Shown in pieces: positions 57,636-64,000 of a stretch of 64,000 bases of DNA. Where the stretch lies: positions 992,001 to 1,056,000 of the forward strand of contig CAVUKA010000001.1 of the NCBI GenBank assembly GCA_963741945.1. Direction: 5' to 3'. Source of the stretch: an uncultured Gemmatimonadales bacterium. Lineage in GTDB: Bacteria > Gemmatimonadota > Gemmatimonadetes > Longimicrobiales > RSA9. The position numbers and the translations under genes are program-made. Each line of letters starts with the position of its first letter. The first letter of the stretch is position 1. The notes under the pieces were generated by a model that was given only the letters and a program-made list of their open reading frames with translations, searched no databases and was not told the DNA's origin.

Positions 57636-59024
57636 GTGAAGACCATCATCGAGCCTTTCAAGATCAAGGCAGTGGAGCCGATCCGCATGACCACGCGCGA
57701 GGAGCGCATGGAGTGGCTGGCGGAAGCGGGATACAACGTATTCCTCCTGAAGTCGGACATGGTGCTCATCGACCTGCTGACGGACAGCGGCACGTCGGCA
57801 ATGAGCGCGGAGCAGTGGGCCGCCATCATGCGGGGCGACGAGGCGTACGCGGGCTCCCGGTCCTTCTACAGGCTGGAGAAGCGGGTGAAGGAGCTGTTCG
57901 GGTTCAAGCACCTGATCCCGACGCACCAGGGGCGCGCGGCCGAGCGCATCCTGTTCAGCACCATGTGCCAGGCCGGGGACGTGGTCCCGAACAACACGCA
58001 TTTCGACACCACGCGGGCGAACATCGAAGCGCGAGGCGCGCAGGCGGTGGACCTGCCGACGCCCAGGGCGAAGAACCGGCAGGAGCCGGCGCCGTTCAAG
58101 GGGGACATGGACGTGGACGGGCTGCGTCGCCTGATCGGAGAGGTGGGCGCGGACAGGATCCCGCTCTGCATGGTGACGGTGACGAACAATTCCGGGGGCG
58201 GGCAGCCGGTGTCGCTGGCGAACATGCGTGAGATCAGCGACGTGTGCCGCGAGCACGGCATCCCCTTCTACATCGACGCCTGCCGGTTCGCGGAGAACGC
58301 GTACCTGATCAAGAGGAACGAGGAAGGTCAGGCCGGGCGGACCGTGGAGGAGATCGCGCGGGAGATGTTCTCCTACGCCGATGGCTGCACGTTCAGCGCG
58401 AAGAAGGATGGCCTGGCCAACATCGGCGGGTTCGTGGCCACGAACGACGACCGTCTGGCCGAGCAGGAGAAGGACCTGCTGATCCTGACGGAAGGCTTCC
58501 CCACGTACGGCGGGCTGGCCGGGCGCGACCTGGAAGCGATCGCGGTGGGTCTCGAGGAAGTCGTGCAGGAGGACTACCTCGAGTACCGGCTCGCTTCCGT
58601 GCGATACCTGGGCGAGCACATCGCCCGGGAGGGCGTCCCCATCATCCAGCCTCCGGGCGGGCACGCCGTCTACCTGGATGCGGCCGCGTTCCTGCCGCAC
58701 GTGGCACCGCTCCAGCTGCCGGGGCAGGCGCTGGTGTCGGAGTTGTACGTGGCGGGCGGGATCCGTGGCGTGGAGATCGGGACGGTCATGTTCGGGCGGC
58801 GGGACCCGGAGACGGGCAAGGAGGAGCCCGGACCCATGGAGCTGGTGCGGCTCACGATCCCGCGGCGCGTCTACACGCAGAGTCACATCGACTACGTGAT
58901 CGAGGTCATCCTCGAAGTGTTCCGGCGCCGCGAGTCCATCGGCGGGTTCAGGATCACGCGCCAGGCGCCGGTCCTGCGGCATTTCACCGCCCGCTTCGAG
59001 CCGCTGTACGCGTTCGGGAGCTGA
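57636..59024 (+). CDS. tnaA: Tryptophanase (beta-eliminating lyase)
   Basis: EPFKIK.VE, IDLLTDSGT, HQGR.AE, SAKKD (PLP Lys), EGFPTYGGL; LRHFT favours tryptophanase over tyrosine phenol-lyase (LRFFT). Confidence 0.88.
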   Translation: MKTIIEPFKIKAVEPIRMTTREERMEWLAEAGYNVFLLKSDMVLIDLLTDSGTSAMSAEQWAAIMRGDEAYAGSRSFYRLEKRVKELFGFKHLIPTHQGRAAERILFSTMCQAGDVVPNNTHFDTTRANIEARGAQAVDLPTPRAKNRQEPAPFKGDMDVDGLRRLIGEVGADRIPLCMVTVTNNSGGGQPVSLANMREISDVCREHGIPFYIDACRFAENAYLIKRNEEGQAGRTVEEIAREMFSYADGCTFSAKKDGLANIGGFVATNDDRLAEQEKDLLILTEGFPTYGGLAGRDLEAIAVGLEEVVQEDYLEYRLASVRYLGEHIAREGVPIIQPPGGHAVYLDAAAFLPHVAPLQLPGQALVSELYVAGGIRGVEIGTVMFGRRDPETGKEEPGPMELVRLTIPRRVYTQSHIDYVIEVILEVFRRRESIGGFRITRQAPVLRHFTARFEPLYAFGS

Positions 59025-59044
59025 GAGCCACGACGAACCACGCG

Positions 59045-59656
59045 CTGGACTTCGATTACATCACCAGGCGCCATTCCTTCCGCGCGGTGCGGCAGCTGGC
59101 GGAAGCGTCGTATGGCGCCGAGCCCCGTGCCACCATGATGGACGAAGAGATGTGGCGCGCGTTCCCCCGTGGCTACGTGGGCGCCTGGAATGAAGCGGAG
59201 CTGACCGGGTGCATCCAGCTCTGGCCGCTGGATGGGATGCGGGCGGGGGACTTTCTCATCGGCGCCCGCTCCGAGGACCACCTCACGGTGGAGGACCTTT
59301 CGGCCGCCTGCAACAGCGGCCGGACTGTCTGGTACTTCGCGGGCCTGCTCGTGGCCACCGCGTGGCGGGGACGCGGGCTGGGTGCCCACCTGTTCGCGGA
59401 AGCCATGGTGCGCTGGCACCGGGACCTGCCGTGGCGGGCGCCGATCCGGTTTGCGGCGCTGGGCGCCAGTCGGGAGGGGATGTCGTTCATCCAGGGGCTC
59501 GGCATGAGCCTGCTGCGGCCGGAGTCCGAGACGGTGGACGGGCACCCGCTCTTCGCGCGCACTTTCGCCTCGGAACGCGAGCTGATCGAGGTGGTGAGTG
59601 CCGCGCGCGCCGCGGCGGACCGCAAGGGTCGGCTGCTCACGGCCGACCGCGTCTGA
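59045..59656 (+). CDS. GNAT-fold hypothetical protein; start uncertain (CTG 59045, GTG 59087 or ATG 59135)
   Basis: Acetyl-CoA motif A-like V...WRGRGLG..L and F...LGM. Confidence 0.62.
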   Translation: MDFDYITRRHSFRAVRQLAEASYGAEPRATMMDEEMWRAFPRGYVGAWNEAELTGCIQLWPLDGMRAGDFLIGARSEDHLTVEDLSAACNSGRTVWYFAGLLVATAWRGRGLGAHLFAEAMVRWHRDLPWRAPIRFAALGASREGMSFIQGLGMSLLRPESETVDGHPLFARTFASERELIEVVSAARAAADRKGRLLTADRV

Positions 59657-59673
59657 CGGCGGGCGGGGCTCCC

Positions 59674-60438
59674 CTGGACGCGCCGTCCACGCTCGCCGAG
59701 AAGTTCCACGCAGCCCGGAGCGAACGGGGGCTCGCGGTGATCGAAGGGCTCCACGCCCTCAAGCACGCCCTCCGCTTCCACGCCCGCGTGCTCGAGGTGT
59801 GGACCCCCGACCCGGCCGCCGTGGGGCGGCTGGCAGAGGAGCTCGCTCCGGATGTGGCGGACGAGATCCGTCGCCTGGCCCGACCACTGGATCGAGATGC
59901 GTTCGGTCGGCTGGCGCCATCGCCGCACCCCACCGGCATCATCGCGCTGGCCGAGCGCGCGACGTGGGGAGCACGGAGCGACGTCGGCGCAGAGGCGGCG
60001 CTCGGCCCGCCCGGACCCGCCCCCGTGGTCTTCCTCGATCGCCCGACCCACCACGGGAACATCGGCGCGGTGGTGCGGGTCGCGGCGGCCGCAGGGGCGG
60101 CGGGGGTGCTGGTGAGCGGCACGCACGACCCGTGGCATCCGGCAGCGCTGCGCGGCGGCGCGGGGCTCCAGTACGCGCTGCCCGTCACACGGGTGGACAC
60201 GCTGCCTGCCAGCGACCGCCCAATCGTGGCGCTGGATCCGGCCGGCGAGCCGCTGTCGGCGCCGCTACCGCCGCGGGCGGTGCTCGTGTTCGGCTCGGAG
60301 CGCACGGGCATCTCGCCCGCACTGCTGGAGCGGGCCGGGCGCGCGGTTTCCATCCCCATGCGCGCCGGCGTCTCCAGCCTCAACCTCGCCACGTCCGTGG
60401 CCGTGGTCCTCTACACCGGGTTCCGGATCGAGCCGTGA
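59674..60438 (+). CDS. SpoU/TrmH-family RNA 2'-O-methyltransferase; start uncertain (CTG 59674 or GTG 59737)
   Basis: GNIGAVVRVAAAAG, LVFGSERTGIS, IPMRAGVSSLNLATS. Confidence 0.88.
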   Translation: MDAPSTLAEKFHAARSERGLAVIEGLHALKHALRFHARVLEVWTPDPAAVGRLAEELAPDVADEIRRLARPLDRDAFGRLAPSPHPTGIIALAERATWGARSDVGAEAALGPPGPAPVVFLDRPTHHGNIGAVVRVAAAAGAAGVLVSGTHDPWHPAALRGGAGLQYALPVTRVDTLPASDRPIVALDPAGEPLSAPLPPRAVLVFGSERTGISPALLERAGRAVSIPMRAGVSSLNLATSVAVVLYTGFRIEP

Positions 60439-60442
60439 GGCG

Positions 60443-62884
60443 TCATTCCGTCTTGAGCGCCCGGACCGGGTCCACGGACGCGGCGCGGCGCGCGGGCAGC
60501 CACGTGGCCAGGCCGGCGGCGCCGAGAAGGACCGCGACGACCACGGCGAACGCCAGCGGGTCGGCGCCCGAGCCGCTGTAAAGGAGGCCACCCACCACGC
60601 GCGCGGCCGCCATGGCCAGGGCGAGCCCCACAACGGCGCCCAGGGCCACGATGGTCATCCCCTGCCGGACGACGAGCATCACCACCTGCCGCCTCGCCGC
60701 GCCCAGTGCAACGCGGATCCCGATCTCCCGGGTGCGCTGCGCCACGGAGTACGCCATGACGCCGTAGATGCCGATGGCGGCCAGGAACAGCCCCAGCAGC
60801 CCGAAGATCCCGAGGACGATCCCGCCCACACGCGCGGGGAGCATCGCGTAGCTGAGGTGCGCGCTCATGGTGCGGACGTCGTAGAGCGGGAGTGTGGGAT
60901 CGAGGTCGCGGACCAGCGTCCGCAGCCGTGGAGCCAGCGGCTCGGGCGGTCCGGCCGTTCGCACGTGCAGCACCAGCTCGGTCTCGTGGTACTGCGGGAG
61001 CGCCAGGTACATGTAGGAGAGCGGGTCCTCCCCCAGCCGCCGGTACTTCCCGTTCGGCACGACGCCCACGACCTCGTGGTCCCCCCGATCGCCGATCTCG
61101 AGCCGTTTCCCGACGGCGTCCTCGCCCGGCCAGAAGCGGGAGGCGAAGCGCTCGTTGACCACCACCACCGCGGGCGCGGCCTCGTCGTCCTGAGCCTCGA
61201 TGCCGCGGCCCCGGAGGATCGGGATGCCCATGGCCTCGAAGTAGCCGTCGCTTACCACATTGAAATCGATGGACAGGAACTCGCCCGGCGCGGGCTCGTA
61301 GCCCGGCACCGCGATGTCCCGCTGCTGGGAGGAGAGGCCCATGGGCACGACCTCCGCCAGCCCCGCCGCCTGCACCTCGGGCCACGTCCGGACGCGCTGG
61401 AGCAGGTCGTGGAAGAACGCGTCACTCCTCGCCTGCGGGTAGCCCTGGAGGCCGGGGTCCATGCCCGCGAGGAGCAGGTTGTCGGCCTGGAATCCCTTGT
61501 CCAGCGATGTCGCCTGCTGGAGGTTGTGCAGGAACAGACCCGCGCTCACGAGCAGGACCAGCGAGAGGGCCACCTGGATGCCCACGAGGGTGCGGGTGGC
61601 CCGGGAGCGGGAGGCGCCCCGTCGCCCGGCATCCCCCTTGAGGGCCGTGACCAGGGAGGGGCGCGACGCGACCACGGCGGGTGCGAGCCCGAAGAGCACG
61701 CCGGTGATCACGGCCGCGGCCAGCGTGAACAGGAGCACGGGCGCGCTCAGGGTGATCCCGAACTCCACGGGGAAGTCGGTGGGCAGCCGGATGCCGTTGA
61801 GCACCCGGACCGTGATCCACGCGAGGACGAGGCCGGCCAACCCGGCCATGAGGGAGAACAGGAGCGCCTCGGTGAGCAGCTGGCGAATGATCCGTCCGCG
61901 GGGCGCGCCGATGCTCAGCCGGATTCCCATCTCCCGCTCCCTGTCCCGGGCGCGGGCCAGGAACAGGTTGGCCACGTTGACGCAGGCCAGCAGCAGGAGC
62001 ATGGCGACCACGCCCATGATGAGCATGGGCATGGTCCGCTGGGCGTCGCCGAGTCCCGGGTGGATGACCACGTCCGACTGGGGCACCACCAGGATCCCGT
62101 TGTTCTCGTAGCTGTCCGGGTAGCGCTCGCGGAGGCCGGCGACGAGCGTTTCCATGGCCGCCCGGGTCTGGCCGACCGTGACGCCGGGCTTCAGCCGGGC
62201 CACCACCGTGAGGAAGTTCCAGCCGCGCTTCTGGATCGCGTTTGTGCCCGGCATCAGCGCCGGCTGCATCATGAGCGGCGCATAGAGATCGGGCGAAATG
62301 GCGGGCATGGCGCCGCGGAAGCCGGCTGGCGCCACGCCCACGACCTGGTAGACGCGGCCATTGACCGTGATCTCCCGCCCCACCACGCCGGGATCCGACG
62401 CGAAGCGGCGCCGCCAGAGCCCATGCCCCAGGACCACGACCGGGTGCTCCCCCTCCCCGACATCTTCCTCCGGCAGGAATCCGCGCCCGGGCGCCGGGCG
62501 GACGCCGAACACCCGGAAGAAGTCCGCCGAGACCAGCGCCCCCATGACCCGCTCGTTCTCCCCGCCCGCGCTCAGGCTCATGGGGATGAACGTCCAGGCG
62601 GTGACATCGCTGAAGACCTGGCTCTCTTCCTTGATGCTGAAGAAGTGCGGGATCGAGCTGGAGCCGTAGGGCAGGTCGTCGCCCCACTGGCGGTAGAGCT
62701 GGACCAGGCGGTCGGGGGCTTCCGCGCCGGGGAGCGGCCGGAGCACCAGCGCCCAGATGGCGCTGAACACGGCGGTGTTCAGCCCGATGCCCAGGGCGAG
62801 GGTGAGGACGGCGGCGGCGGTGAAGCCGACATTCTTCCGCAGCATGCGGAGGGCGAAGCGCACATCGTGCCGCAGCGCGTTCAT
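60443..62884 (-). CDS. Duplicated MacB/FtsX-type ABC permease (ADOP-like orphan permease)
   Basis: DVRFALRML.K..GFT.AAVLTLALGIG.NTA.FS, LACVNVANL.LAR, QRTREIGIRVALGA, PARRAASVDP..AL. Confidence 0.92.
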   Translation of the reverse strand: MNALRHDVRFALRMLRKNVGFTAAAVLTLALGIGLNTAVFSAIWALVLRPLPGAEAPDRLVQLYRQWGDDLPYGSSSIPHFFSIKEESQVFSDVTAWTFIPMSLSAGGENERVMGALVSADFFRVFGVRPAPGRGFLPEEDVGEGEHPVVVLGHGLWRRRFASDPGVVGREITVNGRVYQVVGVAPAGFRGAMPAISPDLYAPLMMQPALMPGTNAIQKRGWNFLTVVARLKPGVTVGQTRAAMETLVAGLRERYPDSYENNGILVVPQSDVVIHPGLGDAQRTMPMLIMGVVAMLLLLACVNVANLFLARARDREREMGIRLSIGAPRGRIIRQLLTEALLFSLMAGLAGLVLAWITVRVLNGIRLPTDFPVEFGITLSAPVLLFTLAAAVITGVLFGLAPAVVASRPSLVTALKGDAGRRGASRSRATRTLVGIQVALSLVLLVSAGLFLHNLQQATSLDKGFQADNLLLAGMDPGLQGYPQARSDAFFHDLLQRVRTWPEVQAAGLAEVVPMGLSSQQRDIAVPGYEPAPGEFLSIDFNVVSDGYFEAMGIPILRGRGIEAQDDEAAPAVVVVNERFASRFWPGEDAVGKRLEIGDRGDHEVVGVVPNGKYRRLGEDPLSYMYLALPQYHETELVLHVRTAGPPEPLAPRLRTLVRDLDPTLPLYDVRTMSAHLSYAMLPARVGGIVLGIFGLLGLFLAAIGIYGVMAYSVAQRTREIGIRVALGAARRQVVMLVVRQGMTIVALGAVVGLALAMAAARVVGGLLYSGSGADPLAFAVVVAVLLGAAGLATWLPARRAASVDPVRALKTE

Positions 62885-62996
62885 GGGTCACGTCGCAGAG
62901 AAAGGGAGCTGCCAGGCTGCCGTTGCCGGGACTCCCTACGTGGGGGCGCGGCGGGAAGATTCGCCCGGTGCGGGCATGGGGCCAACGGGCGGCCGC

Positions 62997-63012
62997 CGGC
63001 CTCCAGGTTGCA
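62997..63012 (+). promoter_or_regulatory. Possible sigma54 -24/-12 promoter
   Basis: CGGCCT-CCAGG-TTGCA about 58 bp upstream of the ATG at 63070. Confidence 0.35.
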
Positions 63013-63069
63013 TGGGCCACGCTGGCGGAGTGAAGCGCCGGACCGTCGACCCGAACCGTGAGCGCGAAC

Positions 63070-64000
63070 ATGGGAAGCAGGAACCGGAGCCCGTCGATGC
63101 TGATCCTCCTGCTGGCGGCCGCTGTCCCCGCGGCGTGCGGCGGCGACACCGGGGGCGGGGCGGCCACTCCCGCCAGCGACACCGCGGCCGGTGCGAGCAC
63201 GAATGACACGCCCGGTGAGTCCATCACCATCGAGGATGTGGGGTTCGAGACGCCCGAGTCCGTCCTCTACGACGAGGAGGCCGGCGTGTACCTGGTCTCC
63301 AACGTGAACGGTGGGCCGCTGGACCACGACGACAACGGGTTCATCTCGCGCGTGGATCCGGACGGCACGGTGAAGGAGCTGCGCTGGGTGGACGCCCAGG
63401 CGCGGGAGGACGTGCGGCTGGACGCGCCCAAGGGAATGGTGTTGAAAGGCGACACCCTGTTCGTGGCGGACATCGACACGGTGCGGGCGTTTCAGCGCGA
63501 GACCGGCGATCCGCTGACCGCCCGGGCGGTGCCCGGGGCGACGTTCCTGAACGACATGGCCGCGGGGCCCGACGGGACGGTCTACGTGTCGGACAGCGGC
63601 GCAGGCTCGGACTCCGCCGGCTCCGGCGCGGGTGCGATCTGGGCCATGGAGTCCACGGGCCCGCGTGAGGTGGTCAGCGGCGCGGGACTGGCGCGCCCCA
63701 ATGGCATCACGGTGGCCGCGGACACCCTCTTCTACGTCACCATGGCGGCAGCCGAGCTCCGTCGCGTGCCCACGGCCGGCGGCGCCGCGCCGGAGGTCGT
63801 GGCCACGCTGCCGGGTGGGCAGCTGGATGGATTGGTCCGGCTGGACGACGGCTCGTTCCTGATCTCGAGCTGGGAAGCGCAGGCGGTGTTCCGCGTACGG
63901 GAGAGCGGCGGAGCGCCGGAGCGCGTGGTGGACGACGTGCCATCCCCGGCCGGGATCGGCTGGGACGGAAGGCGCAGCCGGGTGCTCATCCCGATCTTCA
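63070..64000 (+). CDS. SMP-30/gluconolactonase-like beta-propeller lipoprotein; runs off the window end
   Basis: My translation gives MGSRNRSPSMLILLLAAAVPAA-C lipobox, GFETPESV, SNVNG...DDNGFISR, APKGM, FLND, PNGI, LDGL; absent from the ORF track because there is no stop in the window. Confidence 0.82.
   Translation, partial: MGSRNRSPSMLILLLAAAVPAACGGDTGGGAATPASDTAAGASTNDTPGESITIEDVGFETPESVLYDEEAGVYLVSNVNGGPLDHDDNGFISRVDPDGTVKELRWVDAQAREDVRLDAPKGMVLKGDTLFVADIDTVRAFQRETGDPLTARAVPGATFLNDMAAGPDGTVYVSDSGAGSDSAGSGAGAIWAMESTGPREVVSGAGLARPNGITVAADTLFYVTMAAAELRRVPTAGGAAPEVVATLPGGQLDGLVRLDDGSFLISSWEAQAVFRVRESGGAPERVVDDVPSPAGIGWDGRRSRVLIPIF

Noticed and set aside
59674-60438. Antibiotic-resistance 23S rRNA methyltransferase
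   Set aside because: Only the general SpoU motifs can be supported; the target nucleotide cannot be assigned by eye

Overview
High-GC chromosomal segment, mostly core genes. Gene content and order suggest Gemmatimonadota; this is an inference and was not tested. From left to right: 3' end of dnaK, degP/htrA, tRNA-Leu(TAG)-tig-clpP-clpX-engB. Then a long minus-strand run: pilS-pilR-GT2, pilA, a second pilin with a second sensor kinase/sigma54 regulator, two tandem four-gene minor-pilin cassettes, pilMNOPQ, aroC-aroK-topA-trmFO-xerC-hslVU, argF-gcvT-moaB/mog and a sigma54 activator. After that: a metallopeptidase/beta-propeller/Omp85 fusion, an NDP-forming acyl-CoA synthetase, a cardiolipin synthase, mpl, an 8-heme cytochrome c, ettA, an MFS transporter, a metal-uptake operon, tryptophanase, a GNAT-like protein, a SpoU methyltransferase, an orphan duplicated permease and a partial SMP-30-like lipoprotein. 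No intact transposase, prophage or CRISPR array was seen. Most interesting: (1) a probably leaderless 109-aa ORF (hydrophobic segment, HDHHLC motif, C-terminal RAPP ribosome-arrest motif) heading an outer-membrane protein/SBP/permease/M28 peptidase operon that has no ATPase, a candidate metal-sensing arrest-peptide system; (2) a 132-bp element with 30-bp inverted ends inserted in-frame in the SBP gene; (3) a duplicated minor-pilin tip cassette with no PilY1 nearby; (4) sigma54 -24/-12 promoters before pilA, the Omp85-peptidase and the multiheme cytochrome, the first two sharing an identically spaced TTGCA-N3-TGC(A/G)A palindrome. All calls come from motif reading by eye; no database searches were run.
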